Assembly (NCBI GenBank): GCA_028534125.1
Contig: CM052817.1
Location: 51,338,001 to 51,402,000 of the forward strand
Length of the DNA stretch: 64,000 nt
DNA from: Lama glama
Taxonomy: Eukaryota
Direction: 5' to 3'
Shown here: positions 54,505-64,000 of the stretch, piece after piece
Layout of the letters: the number at the start of each line of letters is the position of its first letter
Numbering within the stretch: the first letter of the stretch is position 1
Notes under the pieces: model-generated
The model's input: only the letters and a program-made list of their open reading frames with translations
Told to the model about the DNA's origin: nothing
Databases searched by the model: none
Position numbers and translations under genes: made by a program

Positions 54505-55370
54505 CCTGATGAATTAGCTAAGATGAGCTAAATTATCAAGTAATAACCAAAGCTCAGTGGCTTGACACAGCAAATATTTCTTTCTTGCTCATGCAAAGTA
54601 GGCTCTGGATTTAGATAACTGCCAGGAAACTCCATGCCACAAATTACTGATTCAGGATGCTTTAGTCTTGTGGCTGCACCATCTTAATAATCGGACTTTG
54701 TGGTGCTTAACTTTATGTGTCAACTTGACAACTTGACTGGGCTAAGGGATGCCCAGATGCCTGGTAAAACATTTCTGGTCCGTCTGTGAGGGTGCTTCTA
54801 GAAGGATTCTCATATGAATAGGTAGACTGAGTAAAGAAGATCTCCTTTACCAGTGTGGGTAGACCTCACCCAATCCTTTGAGAGCCTAGATAGAACCAAA
54901 AGGCAGAGGACAGACAGGTCTGCTCTTGCTACTTGAGTTAGGACATCTGTCTTCTGCCTTTGAACGTCATAGGTAGTAGTTCACAGGCCTTCAGGACTTG
55001 GGACTTAGGTCACTGGCTTTTTAGGTTTTCATACCTTCGGATTTGGATTAGAACTGCATCTCCAGTTTTCCTGGGCCTCCAGTTTGCAGAAGGAAGATCA
55101 TGGGACTTCTCAGCTTCCACAATTGTGTGAGCAAATCCCTCATAATAAATCTCTTTCTATATATGCTCTATATATCTTATTGGTTCTGTTTCTCTGGAGA
55201 ACTCTGACTAATACAGTCTTCCCCAATCAGTAGATTTCTGGAGGATTTCAACTGAGAACTCAAATATATCTGCCTAGAAGGGACATATGCACTTATACAT
55301 TGTCCAGAAATAGTCAGCTGCAAGAGTTTAAGGATTACAAAACAGATATTGATGGATAAATAATGCCTAC
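54505..55370 (-). mobile_element. Old MaLR LTR (MLT1J/K/L-like) split by an MLT2 LTR
   Basis: ctcagtggctt...tttcttgctcatg before the insert; cctagaag...cattgtccagaaatagtca after it. Confidence 0.55.
54699..55215 (+). mobile_element. Complete MLT2 (B/D-like) ERVL solo LTR
   Basis: TG...tttatgtgtcaacttgactgggcta...ttggttctgtttctctggagaactctgactaataCA; 5-bp TSD gactt / gtctt. Confidence 0.9.
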
Positions 55371-55399
55371 ACACCTGGAAAACTGCATCATCTTCCTGG

Positions 55400-55720
55400 T
55401 CCCCTTCTAGCCTCCCTTCCCCCTTCTATAATCTGTTCTCGTCACAGGAACCAGGATAATACTTGAAAAAAAACTTTTATTTCATAATCCCCAGCTTAAA
55501 GCTTCTTCAATGGTTTCTCACTGCTCTTTGGATATATTCCCATGCTTTAAAATGGATTATAAACCTTGCATGATTGCTTTCATTTTACAACACTCTTCCC
55601 ATGGAATACTGTTTCCCAGCTACTCTGTCCTTCATTTAATTTCTGAAACATAGCAGGTTTATTTCTACCTGGAACTGCTGTTCTTTTTATTGGCATAATT
55701 TTTATCTAATAGCACCCTTA
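55400..55720 (+). mobile_element. L2 fragment
   Basis: gcttaaa...cttcaatggtttctcactgc motif. Confidence 0.55.
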
Positions 55721-56795
55721 ACTGAGAATGTTAGAAATTTGATTTTATTATTTTTTGTTTCTTAAAATGTTTCAATGAATGTTATTTTGTATATAGTTAT
55801 TTCTACATTTCTGCAGTTTTCTTAAGTTCAAATTCCAAATTCTAAATAACTTTAAGTTTCATGTCTGCATTTTAATTACTTTTAATAAAGACTTTAACAT
55901 GTATATGCTCACCTGTAGTATACATTGCTATTAAGTTAATTCATTCATTTATCTTATCAGACTATGATATTTATTGCACACGCATTATGTACCTCTGTGA
56001 AAAATGGGAGTTATCATTGAAAATAATAAAAATTTTGCTAATATAAGAAATTAAAAATTCTTATTGGGGTATATAATTGCTATTTTTATTCTTTGTGTAT
56101 CAAAATATTTATTCAAATACATGACAGCTATTTGTTTTCATACTTTTTAAGTCTTTGCTACTTCTATTTTGAGACATTATATTTTTCATTGACTATTGAG
56201 GTAAAATGAGGACTGGGAATTAACTGTCATATTTATCAAAATGGAGGCTATTCATGTGCTTAATTAACAGTGATTTTGGTAGAATACTATCAACAAAAAT
56301 GTGATGGAAATTATCCAAAAAATCTGAAAGAGAATAATAATTATAGAAAAATCAAGAATTCAAGATCTTTTGCTCTAAAGAAGAACAAAGAAATAAATAA
56401 GATAGTATATGGAGAAGAGTGGAGTCAAATCTCTCTCTCCCTCTTTCTCCCTCTATATAGAGAGAGGGACACACACATGTGTACATATTGTGGTTTTAAG
56501 TGATTTACTACATGAAGTGAACTTGAAATACATACTAAGTTTGCAAATTGTATGCATTTGGGCATATTTGAGTTGTAATTTGCCTTTGCCTTATTACTGT
56601 TCAGTAATTAGACAAATGAGACATAAGGAAGTAGAGAAAGGGAATGAAGACAAATATTAAGTTTGAGCCACTGTTTTATGTTGGCTCCAAGGATTGTGCG
56701 TTCAAACAGTTTCTCTGAGATACATTTTTTTAACTAACTGAGCTCTAATTCACACAACTAATTTATTAAATATCAAAACATAAATGCTACTTATG

Positions 56796-57194
56796 TGTTA
56801 TCAATTAGGGTCCAACCAGAGAAAGAAAAGCAGTAGGAAATACAGATTGAGAGATTTATTGCAAGGAATTGGCTTATACAATTGTGACAATTGTCCAGGC
56901 AACTCCAATCTCCATAGGTCAATACATGAGGAAAGGCAGGCAAACTCCTAGGCATGGACTGGCAGGAGAATTTCTCCTTCATGAGAGAAGCCTCAACTCT
57001 GCTTTTAAGGCCTTTTAACTAGCTGAATCAGGCTAGCCCAGATTATTTAGGATATTCTCCCTATTTAAAGTGTACTTCTTATGGACATTAATCATATATA
57101 CAAAATACCTTCATGACAATGCCATAGATTAATTTTTGATTCAACAACTAGGGATGGTAGTTCAGCCAAGTTGACACATCAGAAGACCAACACA
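56796..57194 (-). mobile_element. MLT2-type ERVL solo LTR
   Basis: gagatttattgcaaggaattggctta...aaaataccttca...gccaagttgacacat. Confidence 0.8.
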
Positions 57195-57459
57195 GCAGGT
57201 CAGATTATTTTTAACTGTTTAAGACAATATTTTCTCTGTAGGAAATTTCTCTGTAGGATAATTGGGGAAATAAATAAATATCAGGAGGTTATTTCCACTA
57301 TTAAGACAGTATCAAAGTTTGTTAAAAAATCATAGGGATGTTGTTGGAAAGAACAAGGCCACTCATAATAACAGTTCAGGAGAGACTCTTTAAAACAATA
57401 CTGAAGTCTCACTGGCAAGGTTCTTTTCCTTTCTTGTCCTTATTGACAGTAGTGTTACA

Positions 57460-57547
57460 TTCCTCTTCCTTCTCCTTCTCTTTGCCTTCTCTTCCTCCTC
57501 CTCCTTCTCTTGCTCCTCTTCTTCTCCTCCTCCTCCTTCTCTTTTTC
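57460..57547. repeat. Polypyrimidine (CCT/CTT)n repeat
   Basis: Directly visible. Confidence 0.9.
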
Positions 57548-59883
57548 AATTTAGTAAGTAGAGCATGAACCTTCTGCTATGACATGTTCTTTTATACCTA
57601 TTAAAACGAATTAGAAAATAAATGCTTAAAAGAATAACATTACAAAGTGTACTTCTTGATGATGAAGTACTATGATACTTTAGGATTCTTAATGATCACT
57701 TTGGAAATCCCCTAATTCTATTAATATCCTCTTTATTAGAGTGAATTTTTTCTGTAGCTGGCTAAACCAATCAAACATTTTCTTTTCCAAAGTCTGGGCA
57801 TACATTCATACCTTAAAGCCATTTCTTAAAAATATAAATATTTTATTAAGTAACTAATTATCTTAGTAAAACTTTATGCAAGATTACTTTTACAACTGGG
57901 AAAAAAACTTTAAAGAGGATTTTTGCAAGGAACATCAAAATATTCATTACAAAAATGTATCTTTCTACTTAGTCAACTAGCCCAACAGGAGCAATGATTG
58001 GTAATAATATTTAGTAATTAAAACTATGTAACACTTATAGTGATCCAGGTACTTTACTAAAGTCTATACATTCCTCATCTTATGGAATCTTAACATCTCA
58101 TGTTACCAATAAGTAATTTCAGATAAAATAGCAAAAATTTCAGCACATGTATATAACCCAACAACCAAAATCTTCATAGGACAATACTGAGTCCAGTAAA
58201 CTTTCAGAGACTAAAATATATGTTCTGTCATTTTTTCCCGCTTATGTAGAAAGCACCGAGGCATAGAGGAGATTAAAGAAAAAACAAAACTTCCCCAAAT
58301 TTGACATATTTAGAATATGTTCAAATTAGAATATATTCTAAATCTAACAGCAGATGCAAAACTTCCACATTACCTAGGACTAATTCCCACTCAAGACTAG
58401 ATATATTTAATTGGCTCTTGTCCCACAAATCATTGTTCCAATCCCAAGATGACTATACTGCTAATTCATCCTAGGTTACTGATAACAAGATTTTTGTATT
58501 CTGGGTTCCCTTTTAGCTACACTTTTGATACTTTTAATTCAGTGTGTTTCAGCATACTGATATTTTGTACTTGATCTCAATTAAGTCTAAATATTCCCTG
58601 TTAAATAAATGTGTATATGAATAAGATTAATATTACCAGAAATAGATTAGAAAATGTGAGTTGTTTTAGATTTATAGCAACAAATAAAAATATTCTTTTG
58701 AACAAGGGAATAGGAAGTGAGGATGAATATTGGTGTTGTTTCTTCCCACATAATAATGCATTTATCCTTTCATCTTTAGTTTGAACATATATCCATGCCC
58801 TTTATACGTGGTGAAATGTTGTTCATTGGTATTAAGTGGTAGAAAAACAACTAGAATTTGTGAAAAAAAGTTAAGAAAAATCTAGTTTATTTATTTCAAA
58901 TATATCAATAATTCAAGCTTTTCCATAGCTAGGAAAAAAATATTTGAACCATAAAGTTGTAGGACATTAAAATAACATAGAATTCTATCTCTTATAATAT
59001 CAAAAATGTTAGATATACCTTGAGACACACAGAGAAATACTACTGAATTATAACTGAATAAAGATTTTAGCAAGAGATCAAAACATATCACTAGATTGAT
59101 CCAGTGGAATCAAACAAATACTCCAGAGCTGAATTGGCTGCTAGTGTTTGAAGTGGGAGAAGATGTAATCAATAAAAAGGATTTTCAGGTAATACAGGAG
59201 CAAATAAATTAGTAATAAGAAAGTCCACATAAAATATCACAAATTCCAACATAAGCATACAATTCAGCATTAAGTCATCTTGAAAAGGCAACTCAAATCT
59301 CAGAAACTAGGCATCCCATAAAAGGATAGTAAGGTCCCATTTAACAGTATGGATAAAGGTAAAATATATTCTTAATACTTTTGGAGAATAACTCATAAAT
59401 GGAAGGTGTCATTGTTCAGGTTGAGGATGGCAGTTCTCCAAAAAACAAAATTTAAATATAAGAATTAGTAAGTATCAGAGCCCATAGAGATAGCTCCCCA
59501 ATTCTTAATATTAGAAATGATATTTCCAACATCACAGGAGTGGCCAACAGCAAAGCAACTTGTGGAGCCTTAAGTTTGTATGTTGTGTGGCAGGGGCGAG
59601 AAATCTTGAGTCTATAGGGGAAGAAGACCCCAACTACACTGAGAGTGGTGAGTTGAAAGATAGGCTAGACAAAGCTTAATACATCTTCTAGAGAAGTTTG
59701 GTAAAAATATTTATTTTATATGATGAGATAAGATTATAATTTCTCCACTTATATAGCCCATGCTTCATTATTCAAATTGTTAAGAGTCTTTGATCTTTGA
59801 GATACCATTTGAAAAGAGGAAATAGATACAAAACTTCTAAAATGGGTAATGTTTTGTCAATGAAATAGAGATTTTCATTCAAG

Positions 59884-59885
<2 letters not shown>

Positions 59886-59921
<36 letters not shown>
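59886..59921. repeat. (TA)n microsatellite
   Basis: Directly visible. Confidence 0.98.
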
Positions 59922-59923
<2 letters not shown>

Positions 59924-60082
59924 AGAGAGTTGAAATGAATATGACAGAGTCCTTACCCTCAAGGAATTCATAGTCTAGTGGAGAAAACAGTCTAACAACA
60001 GACAGTAATTCTAAGGCTCAAAAACTCTTTTATAAATTTAAAATTTATAGGTAGAAAAACAGCTGTCTTTCAGTTTTACATA

Positions 60083-60308
60083 TCTGAGATCAATAAACCA
60101 ATGCCTACAAGCCAAATCCAGCTCTCCACTTGTTTTTGTAAATAAAGTTTCATGGGAACACAGTCATGCTCAATTATTTACACTTTGTCTATGACTGCTC
60201 TTGTGCTACAGTGACAAAATTTAGTAGTTTTAACAGAGGCCAAATGACCCGAAAAAACTAAAATATTTACTACTTTGCTCTTTATAGAAAACGTTTTCTA
60301 ATCTATGC
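60083..60308. mobile_element. hAT-Charlie MITE, MER58A-like
   Basis: gccaaatcc...tgtttttgtaaataaagttt..tgg.aacacag...ctaaaatatttact...ctttatagaaaa. Confidence 0.85.
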
Positions 60309-61282
60309 TGTAGCTTTTAACTATATGTAATAATTATAATGGAAAATAAGAATATTTAACACATTTCACTTTTTTAAATAAAGGCCCTCATTGTCCATGG
60401 GAAACAGGCAAATTGATCTTAGGGAATTTCTGAAGGGATCAAAATGATTAAATTATATTTTGTTTTGATTTTAAATTGGCAAAAACCCTCAGAAGGTATT
60501 TGGAATATTCAGTCTACAAATACTGAAAAATGCTACTAGTTCCATATATTGTTCCTCCATTAAAAGTAGTTCTTATTAGGTACCAATTTTGTAATAATTT
60601 TGTTAATTAATTTGAGTGTATTTATGCAAAAAAAACTCTTTATATCTTACTGTTAAGTAGAAAAATTAGGAGCAAAGTTAACAAAAAGTAATTACTAATA
60701 GTCTGAATTCACCATTTTCAACAAGGTCATGATCCTTAAAACAACACATATCCTTTATATGTTTGCACATTTATTCAAGGGAATAAGTCACATTTTCAAA
60801 CTGGAAAAGAAAATAAGTAAAAGATATTTCAGACTGTCACTAATATCACCTCTAAGGAGTTCAAAAGGGATCAGAGTGATTCCTTCTACAATGAATAATT
60901 AAATGAATGAATCTTTATTGTCTGTGACGTATGAGGTCATCCCTAGTGAGGTAGAGAATGCTTGATGGGAAGTTATTATGGGCAAGTACTTGGGAAGTGT
61001 TGAGTTTGTGCTGCGATCAGCAACTCATAATTATCACATTGAAAATAGTGGTTTTTTGAGGTGTTCTATGTATTTTACCTGTTATATTTATAGATTCACC
61101 CTTTTAGCTAATATTTATTAACTGTTTAGCAAATAGCTAGACACTGTATAAGCACAGTGCAAAATCAAGAACAAAGGGGAGAATCAGCTATGCAGTACAC
61201 AATCAGGAACAAAAAAGAGAATTTAATGAAACAGTCTATACCTCTTAATCCAACTTTGTTTGCATTGATACAGTTATACTTT

Positions 61283-61775
61283 TGTTGGAAGAGGTCTTTG
61301 AGAGGACTTGACCACTGGGTTGACTCATGAGCTGAATAGAGGCAACTGAAGTCTTCTTTTCTTCTCTTTTTTTTTTTAAATGGAGGTACTGGGGATTGAA
61401 CCCAGGACCTTATGCATGCTAAGCACGCATTCTATCCACTCCACTGTCTTTGGAACATTCATTCTACCCACCATTCCCTTACTGGGAACTGCTTCAGGGA
61501 TGCAGCCTTGAGAGTATTGTGTTATGGAGAATATCTAGACTGTATATATGACTAAACCCCCATTTAGACCTCTATATAAACTCAAGATTGTAGCTGGTGG
61601 GTACAGAGATGTACCCATCTTGCAGCCACCCAAGACAAGCCTCTTATGTGAGTTCTCTGCTTATTAAGCCTACCACCTACCAATCTGGAGGGGTCTGTCT
61701 TTCTTATCTCTCTTTGTCCTCCCTGTTTAGGGGCCAGTTTTGAATTTCACCTGAGAACTCCTGAGGTTTCAAACA
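61283..61775 (+). mobile_element. 5' LTR of a class III ERV
   Basis: TG...CA ends, TATA-like tatataaa at ~61574, attaag at the expected polyA-signal position, followed directly by a PBS. Confidence 0.75.
61353..61445 (-). mobile_element. vic-1-like SINE, 5'-truncated, inserted in the LTR
   Basis: T tail plus aaatggaggtactggggattgaacccaggacct...catgctaagcac; same family as 43012-43140. Confidence 0.88.
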
Positions 61776-61777
61776 GT

Positions 61778-61795
61778 TAGTGAGCCAGCCAGGAA
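61778..61795 (+). other. Primer-binding site, tRNA-Arg(ACG)
   Basis: tagtgagccagccaggaa versus expected TGGCGAGCCAGCCAGGAG (15/18; one mismatch is CpG decay). Confidence 0.75.
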
Positions 61796-61799
61796 ACCA

Positions 61800-63000
61800 C
61801 CAAAGAAATGGGTCTTGGCAAAGAGGCATCTTCTGGGGAAATAATGAGTTGGACATCGACCTCTGTGTAAGCAGAAGTAACCCATGTGTCAGATGCTTAT
61901 AGACATCCATGTGATTATAAGAGATTTAATGTATTTGTTTGAGGAACTGTGCATAATGTACTGCAACAAAGAAGGGAAATAAATGAGTGCCCAGGAGGCT
62001 GGCCTCTACTGTAGGCAGTTCAGCTGGCCACCAATGTTGAACTAGAGGCTGAAGCTCGAGTTAGGAAGTTGGAAGAAGAGCTGAAGTTAGAGAAGGATGT
62101 GAAGTTGTCCACTACTCTGCTGGCTTCAGGGCTGGCAGACAAGGTAGGACAGCAGGATAATAAATTGGAGAACTTAGCTTGCCATTTTGCAAAGCTAAGA
62201 GGGCACAAGCTGACAGGGATTAAGATCTGAATACTTATTACAGAGCCTGATTGGGGCACTAACAGGAGGAATCCCTGGGAAAGTAAAGAGAAAAAGGGGG
62301 AGGATGCTGTGATTGACAGTGGAACATGAAATGCCCTTTGTCATTTGACCCCTAGTAAATAGAAAAGCAAAAGCACAGCAACGACAACCCCAGCCAGCAG
62401 GGCAGCTCCCAATTCAAGAAACGTTCATAGTGAAAGAATCTGTGCCTGCTGAGCTTATTGATGCAGCTGCCAAGTTCTAACAAAAGGCCAGGGAAGTTAT
62501 CCAGGCGTGGTTAGTGCAGCTATGGGATACAGGAAACACCATTTCTCTGACTGGACAGGAGGCAGAGAAAATGGGCAGTATCACCATATACCCTTCCCTC
62601 CAGCAGTTCCTCCAGTGATTCACAAACTTCAATCCCTTACAGATTGGATTACTGTATCCTACAGGGAGGCTTGGCTCAATGAGGAGGCTGTCCCTGGGCA
62701 TACGAGACCCTGGAAATCAATAGAGGAAGTATAACAAATTCTTAGGAAGCTGGGAGTAAGACAGGCAGTCCTCACCCATCTTTGAAGGCCCTGATCGGGT
62801 CACATTTACTGAAGACATGAAAGCCAAGATACTCCAGCCTGCCCCTCTGTACGTAATATGGGACACTGATATCCATGCTGAGCCTAGTCTTAGGACAAAA
62901 TATTTTTGCTGTTGGGAAATCCACTGCTGACCTGGGGAAAGTGACCAATCCCAGAAACAGGTACAGGCCATGGGAAATATCTGAGACAGAGAAGGTGGGG
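61800..63000 (+). pseudogene. gag: Degraded class III (ERVL/HERV-S-like) gag
   Basis: Hand translation: GWPLL*...EARVRKLEEELKLEK...KI*ILITEPDW...NPW; KF*QKAREVIQAWLVQLWDTG; ISLTGQEAEKMGSIT; PWKSIEEV*QILRKLG. Stops and frameshifts throughout. Confidence 0.75.
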
Positions 63001-63479
63001 GCCCTGGTCTACCATATTCTGCCCCTATTCCATCTTCTCATGCCTGACAGTGCTGCCTCCCCTGACCAACATGTATGGTTTCCACAACCTAGTCAGATTC
63101 CTAAAGCCTCAGCCACATTAACGTCTAAGGATCAGGCTACAAGTATAATTTTTTTAGAAGGGGAAGAGCTTCTCATAAGAGTTTCTACTAAATTTCTGTC
63201 TTTTTGACCTTGGACTTCTGCTACTCCCATGGTGTCTAGTCAGGGGATGGGCACCTGATGGAAACATCTTTCTACAGTGGGCCCATTCATATGCCAGACA
63301 AGGAATCAATTCAAGAGCTGAGGTTATGTGGGCAGCTGCCCCTCTCAAGATTATCAGGATTGCCACGGTGGGTATCCCCACTCCAGGGAGGGGCTTAGAA
63401 GACACTAGAGCAGTACATTAAGGAAGAACATCTAGGATTAGTACTCTTAAATCCTCCTACATTACCAACACTGATCCGG

Positions 63480-63920
63480 AAACCTGATCTATGGCACACA
63501 CCATCAGTATCATGGGGCATGGGATTCTTTATCTGTCACTCAAACTATACAAGCAACCCATCAAACTGCTATCCTGAAGGGTCCTAAAAATACCACCATC
63601 AGAGCCATTGGAGGCTATACTCAGGTCTGGGATAGGTTCATATGCCTTAGCCCCTGTGGACAATTTGTGCACTCATGCACTTCTATGTTGGGAACAGAAG
63701 AATCACAGAAGAATGGAACCAACAGAATTATACCAGGGATATGGGATGAATATCACCAAAACTGTGCAGTCTTTCTGACAGAGGCTGGTTTGGCACTGGC
63801 TGCTCATGCCATGCATGTATTTATTGGGTAGCCCCAAATGGAATCAAATAACTATCTTTGGCCATGGCTTCCATCTGGGTGACTGGACCACTGCACCCTG
63901 GGTTTTCCTGAGCACAGGGG
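63480..63920 (+). pseudogene. env: Degraded env (SU)-like remnant
   Basis: Hand translation: LLCWEQKNH; TRDMG*ISPKLC; IYWVAPNG; YLWPWLPSG*LDHCTLGFP, resembling the SU C-terminal LP..W.G.C..G motif. Confidence 0.6.
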
Positions 63921-64000
63921 AGAATCCATCCCATGGTTAAAAAAAAAAAAAGTTGCCAACTTCCCTCTCCTCAAGGCCAGATGAACATGTTTTGTTTTCT

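Noticed and set aside
58326..58341. 16-bp perfect palindrome ttagaatatattctaa
   Set aside because: AT-rich and associated with a short local duplication; plausible by chance, with no supporting context.
1..64000. CRISPR arrays, operons or prokaryotic defence systems
   Set aside because: The sequence is mammalian; no regularly spaced repeat-spacer structure or dense coding region is present.

Overview
AT-rich mammalian genomic DNA, not prokaryotic. It is most likely from a camelid (alpaca or camel), because two tRNA-derived SINEs resemble the camelid vic-1 family. I found no supportable protein-coding exon. The ORF-track hits are decayed LINE-1 or ERV frames, microsatellites, or read-through across two 500-N gaps. 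Much of the window is interspersed repeat: old and young L1, L2, MIR, MaLR/ERVL/ERV1 LTRs, and Tigger and hAT DNA transposons. The main functional-looking feature is a CpG island at ~15.1-15.8 kb with tandem ETS sites, GC boxes and outward-facing GTGAGT splice donors, consistent with a bidirectional promoter with non-coding first exons; the genes cannot be named from sequence alone. Other notable structures: (i) nested insertions with target-site duplications (L1 in L1; L1 in LTR in L2; MLT2 in MLT1; and a SINE in an LTR, TSD unclear); (ii) a probable retroposed, polyadenylated LTR R-region fragment; (iii) at the right edge, a class III ERV with a tRNA-Arg PBS, gag remnants, a largely deleted pol and env-like remnants. 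Subfamily names come from recalled consensus motifs and need RepeatMasker/Dfam confirmation. I see no convincing undescribed biological system.
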